A stretch of DNA of 64,000 nt, taken from assembly GCF_009914755.1 (NCBI RefSeq), contig NC_060930.1; one strand, written 5' to 3'. Positions 27,604-41,096 of the stretch are shown here, piece by piece. Source of the DNA: the human T2T-CHM13v2.0 reference genome, Homo sapiens. The notes beneath the pieces were generated by a model, which saw nothing but the letters and a program-made list of their open reading frames with translations, was not told the origin of the DNA and did not search any database. The position numbers and the translations under genes are program-made. Each line of letters opens with the position of its first letter. Within the stretch, counting starts at the first letter, position 1.

Positions 27604-28910
27604 GAAGAAAGAAAAAAGAAAACCCATCGACAGATGTATTCCACTGAAATAGGCTCCAATTAAGTAGTACACTTAATTGAAATAGTTGCTGAGAATACTC
27701 CCGAACAAAGAGAAACTGTTAATACTGCCTGATTGTTTTATGTTACAAAGTAATTTCTAAACCATTGGAGTTGTAAAAATTCGAGTCAGTTGGTTCTTAG
27801 GAATGTGAAACATAATGTACTTCATATACACATTGTTAATAAACCCACACTGGCCCAAAAAGTTGATTTAACTCCAAATGAACTGAAACGCAGTAATAGC
27901 CTGAATACAAGGTTAAGAGAAAAACGTTTCTCCCAGTTTGAAAGGTACAATTTCTGAACTGGCCATTTTTCTTAGGGTACCTTTTCTCTATGCCTCCCTA
28001 CATCCCTTTCCCAAGTGAGCCTCTACTGAGCTCTGGGGAAGAATACCAAGTTCTGCAACAAGAACCTGCAGGCTATTCCAACCTCTCAAAGGTCTTGTGT
28101 CCTAAAATTATGGCTTTCTGCTCTGGCCTGTGGTCACTTCCCTTCCTCGGGGCATCCCGGCACTGGCAGGAAAGCTGTGCACATGCTTGTGTGAATGACA
28201 GGAAGCTCTTCCGTGGGATGAGTGCCAGGGTAGGGTCTCTCAGGTCAGCAGCGAGGCCCACACCAAAGCCTCGCCCAGAGAACCAAAGCAAGAGGGACCA
28301 TCTGCTCAACGGAGGGGCTTTTCCGATCTCACACATAACAAGTGACCTGGACCCGAGAGAGCAGCAGGGAGGTGACAGGACAGCCTGGAGTTGAGGACCA
28401 GTGGGCTCCGTTCAGAGATTACATCCACCCTGAGCTGCAGGGGGGCGGAGGGGTTCCAGAATTCGCACTACCTTGGTCTTCCCGGGGTAGCTCAGCAACC
28501 CTCCTCTGCCCGGACCACTCCTTCCTATCCCACAAAAGACGCACAAAGTGGGAAACCACACCTTCCTGGGTTCTATTTTTCAGTTAAAGCCTCTGGAAGG
28601 GGACGTGCCCGCAGTCTGTCCCAGCCGACCCCGGTGGCCGCGGCAGCAGCAAGGCCGCTCTGGTGAGTGCACGTGGCCCACGGGCAGGCCGCGCGTCCGG
28701 CCGGCACAGGAAGTTTGGGGCGCTGGGCAGGGACCGCGGGGTGACATTTGGACTCCCGGCTGCCCGAAAGGGCGACGACCCCACCTTCCCCTCCCTCGGT
28801 GCCGAGGTGCAAGAGGCGGTTGAATTCAGGAGCGCGGCGCAGGGCGGGCTTTTCCCGGCTGTCCCCTCGGGGTCCGCCCCCTCCTCCCGCACCGCCCCGG
28901 CCGCCGAGCG

Positions 28911-28918
28911 CCACGTCA
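28911..28918 (-). promoter_or_regulatory. UPRE (TGACGTGG; XBP1s/ATF6-type element) in intron 1
   Basis: ccacgtca on + strand = TGACGTGG on the - strand, inside the CpG island of an ER chaperone gene. Confidence 0.7.
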
Positions 28919-29262
28919 GCCGCCAGTGCCCGGCCCGCTGAGCTCACGCCCCCCGACCCGGAGCCCCAAGCCCTCGGTCCCCTGCAGTCCCCGGCTCCCG
29001 GCCCCGAGCCGCGGCGCCCGCGCCCCCCGCTCCCCGCCAGCCGGAGCCCCGAACCCGCAGAGTCCCCGCGCTCCCGGCCCCGCGCCCCCAGTATTACACC
29101 CCGCACCCCTGAGCCCCGAGCCCCGCGCCCGTAGCACGCACGCCGCAGACCAGAGCCGTCGGCGTCCACGTGGCCCCGGGACCCCCCGCCCGCGGCGCCC
29201 AAGCGCCCCACGCCCCGCGAAGCGCCAAGTGCGGGGCAGGGCGCCGGCCTGCGCGGCGTTAC

Positions 29263-29525
29263 CAGGGCGCGAAGAACATGACGAAGTGCGCGGCGCTCTG
29301 GATCCCGTGCGTGAACATGTCGGCCGTGTACAGGTGCTTGCTGTGCGGGTCCTGTCCGTCCTCGCCGTCTGCCGCGGGGGGCCCGTCCGCCGCCGCCGCC
29401 GCCGCCTCCTGGGCCCGGGCGCCCCAGCGCCCGCCGCCGCCATGGCCCAGCAGCAGCAGCAGCAGCGCAGTCAGGGCCGCCGGCCGGGCCAGCAGCGGGA
29501 GGAGGCGTCCTGGGCGCGCGGGCAT
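29263..29525 (-). CDS. TXNDC5: TXNDC5 coding exon 1: signal peptide (Leu6), Ala6 linker, start of thioredoxin domain 1
   Basis: MPARPGRLLPLLARPAALTALLLLLLGHGGG...HFVMFFAPW; donor TG|GTAAC at 29262; 263 nt, phase 2. Confidence 0.97.
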
Positions 29526-32174
29526 CGCGGCGGGGCTGGGCGCGCTCTCGCCGCGGCCTCCGGTCCCCTCGCAGCGCCCGCCCCGCGCCCCGCCCCGGAG
29601 AGGCCGCGCCCCTTCCTCTCCCCGCCCGCCCGCGCCGGCGCGCGACCGCTACCCGCCCGAGCCCCGGCTCCGCGCACCGGCAGGGAAGGGCTGGAGCGAG
29701 GGACCGAGTCTGGGAGAGCCTTCCGAGTCCGGCCTCCTGCCTTCCCGCCATGGGACGGCTCGCACCAATCCCGCGAGGCTCCTGCGCCTCCGCAACCCAG
29801 GCCCGCACCCCTTTCCCCAGGGGCCCGCTCTGCTCAGAGCGGCGGTGAACACACGAAGTAACGATGAGGCCAGCGGGAAGCCACGGAGGGGCAGGTCAGC
29901 CTCGGCTAATCTCAGCTCACACAAGCACCCCGCGATTTCAGGCCAAAGGAAGGAGAGAGCTGCTGTCAGCAGAATATAGGAAATCGGGCAAAAGACGGTG
30001 GGGTTTGCACCTGAATTAGTTAGATTCTTGGCCAGAGCTCAACTGTGATTCTCGACCTGGGCTCAGAGGGGTGATGAAACCCGCTTCCCAAGTGAACCCC
30101 TTGCTGGTTACCCCTGCCCGGCCTCAACTCAGGGATGAAGAGGAAAGAAAGTCAAAGCGGCCTCTTCTAGACAAGAAGGCACCTAGCAGGACTGACTGGG
30201 GTCCTACTGTGCCCTCATTTATGCCGGTTACTAAAATGAATGACAGCACGCCTGCTATGGCTGAACTCAGCCTGTGGAATGGCCCGAAGGCATCCCTGCC
30301 CAGCGACTCATAACTCGCACCTGCACACACACCTTACAGCAGATGGTAATCGAAAGCTCCAGCCCTACCCCGGGGATCTGAAGCTAAATTAGAATCACCG
30401 GGTTGCTCTCCGGGATCCTGCCTGCTCTTTGATTATCCTCAATCCAGGAAGCCCCAGGTAGTTAACTCCTGGCTTGGCAACAGGGGACGCGCCCACTGTC
30501 TCACCTGTCATTATTCTGCTCCCGCCTTAGGCCCAGCCACTTATGAACCTTTAACCATGGGTTGCCAAACACCAAAACCATCAATCTCCCTCCAAAGTCT
30601 GTTCTTCCAGCCACTTAAGCTTGAAACATGGGAGGCATCTTGTATTGCTCGCTCTTTTCCCGTGTGTCTCAAAATTCAACCGCATTTCCTGTAACCATGA
30701 TTTCCTTCCAGCATTCTCAGTGTTCATACCCTGAACGGAGACTAAGCCTGGCCTATTGCAGTAGCTTTCTAAGAGTCTCTTTCATTCACATGGCTGGAAA
30801 ATTAATTTTCCTAAAGCCTGCCTTTGACCAAGACAGTTTGCTGCTTAAACTTGGACCAAAACGCCACCACTGTCCCCATGGCCTTGGCCGATGGGGTGAA
30901 ATAGTAATGCCTGGGGCAGCCATTCAAGGCCTTCCGTGATGTGGTTGCATCATGCTTTGTGTCCCTGTGAAACTCACTCAACACTAGAAATCCAGGGATT
31001 CTCTCCAATAACTGTTATTGCCAAACTCTAATCCCTGTGTTCTCCAACACCTCAAACCTCCCAAACCCTTCCACGGTGCTGTTGGGAAATTCCCACAAGC
31101 ATCGCCATACACTCTTACAGCATCAGTGTCTTTCGTTTTTAACTGAAACACAGTTCTAGGAGCTCTCTCAAGTGTTGGCTGCTCATTCTTTCACACCTGG
31201 AGTCCCTCAGAGCCAGGAAGTAAAGCTGATGCCTTCCTGGTTCCCCATTGCTCCTTCCAAATCCTACAAAACCTTCAGTACTCCTTAAATTGATGCCACT
31301 GGGCATGGCACCCTCTGCCCTGCCAGTTCCTGTCATTCTTCCACATCACTCTTCCTGGTTCAGTGAAGACTTTGGTTCCTGGCTCACAGTGTTCCTGGCC
31401 ACCCCTTTCCTGTCTTTCATTCCTGGCATCTTCAGCATCCAGGTGGATGCTCCATCTACCTTTCCCTCAGTAACTCACACCCAAAAGGGAGACCCTAGCA
31501 CTTGTCATCACCAGCATCTGCACCATCTCCAAAATCTGAAGGCATCCACTCTGCCCAGCACCTCCTCGACTGTTTGCTCAAGAAACCCATTTCTGCAATG
31601 CTTCTTTCTCATCATGACCTCTGAGCTACCCACCCCACCATCTTCTACAATCCCCTCGCAGCCCAACAGACTGCTATGTCTTCTCTTGCCTCTTGGCCAA
31701 GTTACAGCCCATGGAGTCTCACCCTTCACTTCCTGCCCTGCCACATTCTCCCCACAGATGCTGGTGAGCTTTGTCTCTCTGGGTTCCCTGTGCCTTCAAC
31801 CAGGTAGCCAGACTCTGCTGGAGAAAAATCGCACAGTCAAGCCGCATGTCTCCTTCACACTGGTAAAAATAAGCCTTAAATTCCTCCTCACCCCTGCCCT
31901 AAAACTGACTACCTCTGCCTAGGCAGTGTGCTGCCCCACTCTCTGAGATGCTTCCATACTTCCACTGACACTGCTCCTCCTCTCCTCTCCCCACCCCACC
32001 CTGTCAGTCGCCATCCTCTCAGCTGCCAGCTTTATCTCATGTTTCTGAGAAAAATGAAGCCGAAAGCATGAACTCCCTTATCCCTCCCCCGCCAAATCTA
32101 CACACCCCTGCACAGGCGCCTTTCCCTCTGCCCACAAAGGAGCAAGTCAGTATATCCCTGCCTAGCAAAGCCCA

Positions 32175-32662
32175 GTCCTCCAGAATAATGCCCCTCACGG
32201 ATAACCAGGTCCTAATTCCTGAAACATCTGATTGTTTCTTTATATGGCAGAAGGCTTTGCAGGTGTGATTAAATTAAGGGTCGTGAGCTGGAGAGATTAC
32301 CCTGGATTATCTCGGTGGGTCCTAAATGTGATCACAAGTGTCCTCATAACAGAGGGGCAGTAGGAAATTTGACTACACAGCCGGAGGCGACGTAACAAAA
32401 GCAGAAAGAGATTTGAAGATGTTAAACTGCTGGTTTGGAAGATGAAGGGGCCAAGAGCCAGGAAAAGCAGCTCTAGATGCTGGAAAAAGCAAGGAAATAG
32501 ACTCCCCCTCAGAGCCTCTGGAGGGACCTGCAGTCCTGTGGACAATTTATAGTCCAGTGCAACTGGTTTTGGACTTCTGACCTCCAAAACTGTAAGAGAA
32601 TAAACGTACGTGGTTTTATGCCACCAAGAGTGTGGTGTTACAGCAGCCCTAGGAATCTCATA
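32175..32662 (+). mobile_element. MLT1D-type LTR
   Basis: cagaataatgcccc...ctttgcaggtgtgattaaattaagg...gattaccctggattat...gttacagcagccctaggaa. Confidence 0.8.
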
Positions 32663-33358
32663 TGCCCTCCCTGCTCCCTGCTCAAAGGCTTTGTTCTTCA
32701 GCTCCTCTCTTTCTCTCCTGCACAAGTTACTCATCACTCCTTCCTACTGGACCATTTTCATCAGTGTATAAGCAAAAAAAAAAAAAATTATCTGTATTTC
32801 ACTTTCCATTCATCCTTCAGCTCATGCCACTCTGACTCTCAAACCTGCCACACACCAAGTCTTCTCAAAGTCACTGAAGATGTCCACATTGACAAGTCAA
32901 ATGAACACTTTATGTTCCTCATCTTCCTGGGCTTCTCAGCAGCGTTGGTACAACTGCCATTGGCCCCATCTGCATCCACCGTCCTTTCTGCTTCTCTGAT
33001 CTACCTCCTACCATCCCCACGTCACTCCTCAGTCTCTTCAACCCAACCTTTGATGTCAGTTTTCAGCGCTCAGCCTCCAACCCACTTTTGTTTCTCTGCA
33101 TCACTCCCTAGGTGATCTCATCCATAGCCATGGCTTTAACACCATCTATATGCTGCTGCCAAAGTGTACATTTGCAGCCGAGGCCTCTCTCTGAGCTCTC
33201 ACTATCTACAGGATGCCTCCTCTTGTTTGTCCTGCAGGTGTGCTGAAGCTGACCTTGTGCTTCCCTGCAGCAATCTGCTTGTCCTCCGATTTCCCCTCCT
33301 CAGTAAATAGTTCTTCCTCGCTGTTGCACAAACCAGAAACCTGAGTTGCAAACTTTGT

Positions 33359-33441
33359 CTCAGACTCCTGGCCTCAAGTGATCTGCCTGCCTCAGGCTCC
33401 CAGAGTGCTGGGATTACAGGTGTGAGCCACCACCCCCGACC
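33359..33441 (-). mobile_element. 3'-truncated, tailless Alu left-arm fragment with 18-bp TSD
   Basis: First ~83 nt of Alu flanked by ctgagttg(c/t)aaactttgt at 33341-33358 and 33443-33460. Confidence 0.85.
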
Positions 33442-34756
33442 TCTGAGTTGTAAACTTTGTTACCCTTTTTCTTTATTGCAGTGCCTTGATCCCCGCCTCC
33501 TACTCGATCTCCCCATCAGCAAGTCCAATCATTGCCATCTCTGAGCCACAGCTCCCACTGACTGATATCTCTCCACTGCTGCCATATCCTTCTCTTCCTG
33601 TCTGCTACAGTAGCCTCCTGAATGTTGTTTCCACTCTTAAGTCCTTCCCATCCATCCTTCATCCAGCAGCTAGAATTGAATCGTGTCACTCCTTTGCTTA
33701 ACTTCCTTCAGGGGCTTCCCTTCACATACAGTCAAATTCCAGCTCTTTGCCTTGGCTTGCAAGGGCCTTCAGGAAAGATGCAATCTCAACCCATACCACT
33801 CTGCCCTCTGCTCGCCTAGATTCTAGCCATTAGGGATGATTCTAGATACCCTCCCAGCATTCCCCTTCTCAGGCCCTTGTGTGTGGTGCCCTGTGCTTGT
33901 TCCCTTCCTGTCTTCTGTGACTGGACTCCCTGCACCCTCAGGTCTCTTGCCCCCACGCCACCTCCTCAGTGCCTGGCGATTGCCTTTCCACATTGACAAG
34001 TCAAAGCCCCTCTCTGCAGCAGCCTCCCTCTGCCCACTGAGCTCTCACCAGTGCCATGCTGTTTAATTTCTGCATAACACTTTTTGTCATTTGATGCCAT
34101 TTTGTTGCAGACTTAGCTGGTTAAGGTGGCCGTCTTCTCCATCAATAAGCTCCCCGAAGGCCAGGGGCTATTTGCCACATTCACTTCTCTCTCCCTAGCA
34201 CCCAAATGCCTGGATACAGTCGAGGCTCAACAAGTGTTGGATGAAGGAACCCCTCTTTCTAACCACATCTCTTTCCCAGGCTCCACCAAAACAAACTGAC
34301 TCACTGTGCCTGGCACCTTCTCTCACATGCGGCCTTTCCTGCATGACCCGGCCACCCCTCCACACAGGCTGCTCAGCGTCACTTCCTCTGAACTCCCAGC
34401 CCTCCCAAGGGACTGACATGTTGCTTCATATGGTAGCAGCCACACATGGTCCTGCTTAGATTCCCATCGCCAAGCAGCGTGGCTTCCAGCTCAGAAAGCC
34501 TAAAAGTGAAGATACAACTGAATTTGTGTACAGCGATGAAATAATACAATGTTCTCAGTAAAAAATTCCCTGACCTCCAGCTGGGGTTAGGCTTCCTGCA
34601 CTAATATCTTGTCCTTTCTCCCCATATCCCTTCACAGAAGGGTAATTATTTGGTTGTGTGAATTTTGTTTAGCCTCGGACTTTCCCTCTAAACTGTAAGC
34701 CCCATGGCCTGAGAGGTGTTAACGTGATGTCTGGTACACAGCAGGCATTTAATACC

Positions 34757-35113
34757 TGATATGGTTTGGCTGTGTCCCCACCCAAATTTCATCTTGAATT
34801 GTAACTCCCACAATTCCCATGTGTTGTGGGAGGAACCCAGTGGGAGGTGATTGAATCATGGGGACAAGGTCTTTCCTGGACTGTTCTCATGATAGTGAAT
34901 GAGTCTCATGAGATCTGATGGTTTTAAAAAGGGGAGACTTCCTTCATAAGCTCTCTTCTCTTGTCTGCTGCCATGTGAGACGTGCCTTTCACCTGCCATG
35001 ATTGGGATGCCTCCCCGGCCACTTGGAATTATAAGTCCAGTAAACCTCTTTCTTTTGGAAATTGCCCAATCTCAGGTATGTCTTTATCAGCAGTGCAAAA
35101 ACAGACTAATACG
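34757..35113 (+). mobile_element. THE1 solo LTR inserted in an L2 3' end
   Basis: THE1 termini; 5-bp TSD atacc (34752-34756 and 35114-35118); flanks rejoin to ctggtacacagcaggcatttaatacc-tgtttgttgaatgaatg. Confidence 0.92.
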
Positions 35114-35242
35114 ATACCTGTTTGTTGAATGAATGCATGAAGGAATGGATGAAAAGTCACATTTGTCTACCCTCAGAGGATGGCTTGCTTGAGAGAGACC
35201 CCCCTCAAAATCATGGCCTTTCCCAAGCAGAAAAGGCAATAG

Positions 35243-35596
<354 letters not shown>

Positions 35597-37115
35597 TACA
35601 CTGCCTTCTTATTGCAAATCCACAGCCTTCAAGGAGCTGCACTCCCTTCCGACAGCAGCCCTGTAGGTGCATGGCAAAGCCTCTCGTTGGAAGCTGTCCT
35701 CATCCCAGGGAGCACATAAGAACTGACATGGGAGGAATGGCTACTGAATGGGAAAAATACAGCTTTTGTTTTCCACCTCCAGAGGATAACACAAGACCCA
35801 AATGTGTTGTAACATTGTCAAGACAACCCCAGGACATTCAGAAACTGAAATGCCACCATTTGAACCACTTTAACAGGTGCATCCTGAGTTATTATTGGGC
35901 GAACAGTACTGCTTTTAGGAGGTACTGAAAGCATTTACATCCTGTTGTTCTAATTTGGTCAGAACACCTTGGTAGGTGCCTCTAAAGAAGAAGAAAAACT
36001 GTGTTTTTCTTGATGAGCTCATGTGACCATTCAAATGTGATGGTTGAGAGGTGGAGAAAAAGCTAGAGGATTGCTCTCATCAGAGAAAATCTAAAGAAAA
36101 AGACCAAAGTGAATTCCCAGGCTGGAGTCACACAGGGAGTAGAGCTGTTTTCAGTGTATTGAAATGGTTAATGGAAAGGTCATATTTACTCACTACTCTC
36201 ACAAGCTCCTTGGGCAACACAGCCTACTAAACAATTAATAAGCACCAAAAACCCACATTACATTATAACATAACAGATTCGGGTATTTGGCAGATAAAAG
36301 CTTTCAAAATCCATGTGGGATCTGTGAGGTCTCGGGGGTAGGGGGGTGGAGAATAAAGAGAGTTTCTTTGTTGACTGGATCATGACCACTAAGCTGAATG
36401 ATCTGTGCTGTTTCTCAAAGTGCACAGAACACTCACTCCAGCTCCCAGGAGCTCATTCAGTCTGTGCAAGTGCTGGCTCTTCTCGTTCATGCCCCTGTCA
36501 TTCTCCCAGCTCTTTGTCTGCTAGATGCTATTACAGGAGTTCTTATTTTTCCCAGAGTCCCCAGGTGCGGGGCCGATAGGCTGATCCAGAAGCTGATGCT
36601 CACCAGCACCTGGACTTCATAACAGGAGAGAAGACTTCTCCCTGATGCAGGTTGCTCACTGAGTTGTTCCACTCCTCTCTCAGCTGCGCTGGCCTGCAGT
36701 GATGGCCTTGGCCTTGGATCTGTGGCATTCCACACGGGCATGGGGACATGCCTCTCACAGCACTTAGGGGCCAGCTCTTCATAGCTGCCTGAATTTCAGA
36801 ACACTATTCCAAGTTCAGAATCCAGGAAAATGTTTATCCTACCTGGGGGTTCTCAATTCTGGCTGCACATTGCAATCATCTAGGTCTTGAAAGCAATACT
36901 GATGGCTTTGTCCTACTTCCTAGGGTTGAGAATTCCTGGGATTAGAGGAGACACAGCCAGGATCTCAGTCCCTGGTGCGCCTGTGGCGGACTGTAGCAGG
37001 GCTCTGAGAGCACAGATGTGGAGCAGACCACCAAAGGAACGCTGATGTTTGCTGGAAGTTAATAGGTGTTTTCTTAAGAGAAGAGCTCTGACTGAGACAT
37101 GTTTGAGGAACACTT

Positions 37116-37134
37116 GGTTAGGGTTAGGGTTAGG
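37116..37134 (+). repeat. Short telomere-like (TTAGGG)n tract
   Basis: ggttagggttagggttagg. Confidence 0.8.
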
Positions 37135-37159
37135 AGATAGAGAAGCCAGGAACAATGCC

Positions 37160-37224
37160 CAAATTAGACCACAATACTGCTCAAATTAGATCACAATACT
37201 GCTCAAATTAGATCACAATACTGC
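37160..37224. repeat. 22-bp minisatellite, 3 copies
   Basis: caaattaga(c/t)cacaatactgct x3. Confidence 0.95.
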
Positions 37225-37513
37225 CACCACTGCTACCACCTCGACATGCAGATTCCTCCTATCCCACCTCTGGTACAGGACACTATATGTGACCATGGGA
37301 ACCTCTGCAACCGCTGCCCTGCAGGATGGACTTTGCATGACCCCTGCTTCTTCGCAAAACTAGCTTCCAATGGAAGCCTCACTGCAGTAGGGCTCAATGG
37401 TCTATGCTCTATCCTAACTTGTGGCGGTTAGGTCAGAGGCTCCACAAATGCAGGAAAGGTGTCCAGTGAAGCTGGGCAGCCTGAAAGAATGTCAACTGTT
37501 GATACATTGAGTC

Positions 37514-37817
37514 CTTTTTTTTTTTTTTTTTTTGGAGACAGAATTTCACTCTATTTCTCAGGCTGGAGTGCAGTGGTGCAACCTTGACTCACTGCAACTT
37601 CTGTCTCCTGGATGCAAGCGATGCTCATGCCTCAGCCATTGAAATAGCTGGGATTACAGGCGCCCACCACCACACCAAGCTAATTTTTGTATTTTTAGTA
37701 GAGACAGGATTTCACCATGTTGGCCAGGCTGGCCTCAAACTCTTGGCCTCAGGTGATCTGCACACCTCAGCCTCCCAAAGTGCTGAGATTACAGGCATGA
37801 GCCACCACACCTGGCCA
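37514..37817 (-). mobile_element. Alu
   Basis: Poly-T then full dimer in antisense. Confidence 0.93.
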
Positions 37818-38169
37818 ACACACTGTGCCTTGAAGACTACTTAAGAATTGGCTGGATGAAGTGCTAATGGAAGAAGAAAGAAAAAGATAGAAACCTATTT
37901 CCTAAATGATTTATCAGAGATTTTTATTTGCGATTGCACCATCTGAATTCCTAAAAGTATCCTATGCAGTATTTCCCAACTTATTTGATTGTGGACTCCT
38001 TTTTATTTGTGGTGTCTCTTGTGTTGTTAATCCTCTGCAGAACACTCTGTGAAGTATTATATATAGAAGCTTGGGTCGTATTTCACATGGAAGGATCAAT
38101 GTCTGGTTTCCTTTGCTTATTATAGCTGCAACATCTCCTCTTCCATTGTGTGCATTTAATTGCAAGAGA

Positions 38170-39640
38170 ATTCACTCAACAAATATTTATTGGATCTAGT
38201 CTGTGTCAGGCACGTTTTTAGGTGCTGAGGATCAGCAAGAACTGAAATAGACAAAAACCCTAGTCCTAATGAACTTCCATTGTAGGTGGGGAAACAGCCA
38301 ATACGTAAGATATAGAAGATAAACACTATGTTAGCCAGTGGTAGAAGCCCAGAAGAAAACAAGGCAAGGAAGGGGGTATGAAGTGTCAAGGTTCAGATGG
38401 GATGTCAGGGTTTGGATAGGCTTATTGGGGACATGGCTTTCAAGTAAAGACGTGAGGGAGTAACACATGTGAATATCTGGTTCCAGCCGAGGGATCAGCA
38501 ACTGCAAAGGACTTAGAGCGAATGAATAAGAAGGCAGTACAGAATGAGAACACTGGCTTTTACGAATGAGAAGGGAAGTCATCGGAGGGTTTTCAGAAGA
38601 AACACGACAGGATCTGGCTTCCAATTATTTCTACAGCATGGCTCTGAGAGCTGTAGCGAGGAATGCGAAGGGGGCAAGGATAGAAAGGAGGCGACCACTC
38701 CGGGAGCAATTACAACCATCCCAGCACAAGATACTGGTGACTCACGCTAAGGCGGAGGTGGGAGGGTGATGAGAAGCAGGTTCCGGGTCTCTTTTGATGT
38801 ATGTGCCAACAGGATTTGCTGACTCAGCAGATGTGGGCTGAGGGTGGTGAGAGAAAGAGAGGAGCTAAGGATGACACTGAGGCGTTCAGCCAGAGTGGCT
38901 AGGAGCACTGAGTTGTTATAATCTGAGATGGGAAACAGGTTTTGGGAAAGAGTTGCTCAATGTTGAACATACTACAATGGGGAAGTCTGCAGATACACAG
39001 AGTGGGCAGATGGCTATTCAAGTCCAGGGCAGAGATGCAGGCCAGATATAAATTTGAGAGTCGTTAGCATTTGATGGTATTTAAAGCCCTGGGACAGGAG
39101 GAGATCCCTGTGGGAGTGAGTGCAGAGGAGGGAAGAGGTTTAAGGGCTGAGTCCTGGGGCATCTCACTGTTTTGAAGACCAGGAGATTAGGAGGAATGGG
39201 CAAAAGAGACTGGCATGGAGTAGTCAGGAAGGCAGGAAGAAAACCTGATTACTGCTGTCCACAGGCCCAGAGTAGAAATGTTTCAAAAGACGGAAGGAAA
39301 AGCTGTTTTGAATCTGCTGATACATCATGGTTTGCCCCCAGACAATCCCAGTTTACACCTACTGACATGATCTAGTCATTACTCACAGCCATTCCCCCTC
39401 CCACGTGTCTCAGTTTGGCAGGTACATTGACAGGGCATCCTGCTGACAGTTCAGGTGTAATGATCCCTAAGCACTCACCTTTAGATTTGGAGACTTTGGT
39501 AATAGTAGTTTTGGTGAACAGGTGGTAGTAAAAACCCAACTGGAGTGGCTTCAAGAGGGAGAAGAAAGGAATTACAAACAATGAATGTGAACAACTCTTC
39601 AGGAGAACTTGTCACATAAAGCAAAGGAAAAGAATACAAT
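38170..39640 (-). mobile_element. LINE-2 (L2a-like) 3' portion
   Basis: Begins ttcactcaacaaatatttattg...gtgtcaggcac (L2 3' end). RT-like remnant LKPLQLGFYYHLFTKTTITKV in ORF 39372-39581. May extend to ~40300. Confidence 0.75.
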
Positions 39641-40966
39641 AGTAACTAAAGGAGAGAGAGGGGCCCAGAGGGTTTTGTTGTTGTTGTTTTTAACATGAAA
39701 GACAAGTCAACATGGTTGATTGTTTGATGATCCAGAAATAAAGAAAACATTGGTTGCCACAGGAGACAGAGGGAGAATTTCTGGAGTAGTGGCCTGAGGG
39801 AGTGCAGGAGGATGTTGCCTATGAGTAGGGGCAGACGTTGGCTTTCCAAGGAGCCCCAGTGGTTGTCTGTGATAAGAGGAGGGCAGGCACAGTGGGTGGG
39901 CACAGATCCAGAGAGGTGGGTCCAGGTGGCTAATGGTGGGAGCTGGCACCTGTCCCCTCCAGTGGCTTCTGTTTTCCACTGTAATAGAAAGCAGTATCAT
40001 GGGCTGACACTGAAGATAGGGGAAGTGCTGGAGGTTTGGGGAGGGCAGTGAAGGTCTGAAATAGAGGTCACAGTGAGAACGGGAGAGGGAAAACAAGGCA
40101 GTTTGGTATTAATGCCTGGTGGCCTTGAGGCTCCACTTGATGTCAATTTGACATACCCGGATTTTCTCCAGGTACGTTCTGCTGTGTGGTTCAGTCACAC
40201 AGTAGACAGTTGGATTTAGTCAGGCCTATGATTTAGCTAAGTGAGGAAACAAAGGCAGAGGGCGGCAACAGAGCGAGAGTGTATGTAGGGGAGAAATGAT
40301 AACACTTGACTATGGAATTTAAGCAGGGGAAATTATAAAACATTTATCTTAAGAAGTTGTAATACTCAGCCTTGTATACACACAGTACACAAGTTCGTTA
40401 TCTCTTTGACATGTTGATAACTTCCAGTGGGTCACGTGTCAGTTCATTTATTGAGAAGTCCTATTCCACGCCTTCCTCTCTATGTCTAATATGGCCATGT
40501 GGCTCAGGCCTTCACCTCCTCCTTCACGGATTATCTCCACAGAGTCTTGGCCATGACTCCTGATTCCATGTGCTCCCATCCAAACAATGTGCAATTGTTT
40601 TGGCCAGGATCATCTTGAGACAACAGCTTTATCATCTCACTGCTCTGTCCCAAAATAAAGAATAGCTCTGTATTTCCAATTATATCATATCACAAGTCCT
40701 CTGCCCGGCTTCTGTAGCTCCCTCTACTTTTGCAAACTTGTCTCTGACATTGCATAACTCTGCTCCAGACAGGCTTGCTTTCCTATTGTCCCTGCCACAT
40801 GTTGTATCATTTCCAACTCTCTTCCTTTGCTCATGCTGTGCTTTCTGCTTGAAATGCTCTCCTCTCTGCTTTCAAAATCCTATCCATTATACATGGCAGA
40901 CAGCAATAGTGGTTGGTACAGGAGGAGAGGTAGGATTGGAGTGGGCCAGGAGTAAAGACACACAGA

Positions 40967-40969
<3 letters not shown>

Positions 40970-41021
<52 letters not shown>

Positions 41022-41049
41022 CTATCTATATATATGTATATATACATAT

Positions 41050-41096
<47 letters not shown>

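Larger units (their letters stand above)
28600..29950. promoter_or_regulatory. CpG island / TXNDC5 promoter
   Basis: Very high GC and CpG density spanning exon 1 and proximal intron 1; multiple GC boxes (ccgccc); CCAAT at 29765-29769; no obvious TATA. Confidence 0.92.
31150..34245 (+). mobile_element. Degraded LINE-2, interrupted by an MLT1D LTR and an Alu fragment
   Basis: Pyrimidine-rich strand. RT-like remnant SLLKVTEDVHIDKSNEHFMFLIFLGFSAA at ~32860-32950. L2 3' end (ctagca...tgcctgg...ctcaacaagtgttggatgaa) at ~34200-34245. 5' boundary approximate. Confidence 0.65.

Noticed and set aside
28573-29979. Long overlapping ORFs (411, 311, 269 aa) across the CpG island
   Set aside because: Stop-codon depletion in very GC-rich DNA; they run through the exon 1 donor or are antisense
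31248-33115. 224-aa and 165-aa ORFs upstream of TXNDC5
   Set aside because: They lie in degraded L2/MLT1 sequence; the RT-like residues are L2 remnants, not a gene
37160-37224. CRISPR-like direct repeats
   Set aside because: Head-to-tail minisatellite with no spacers, in eukaryotic DNA
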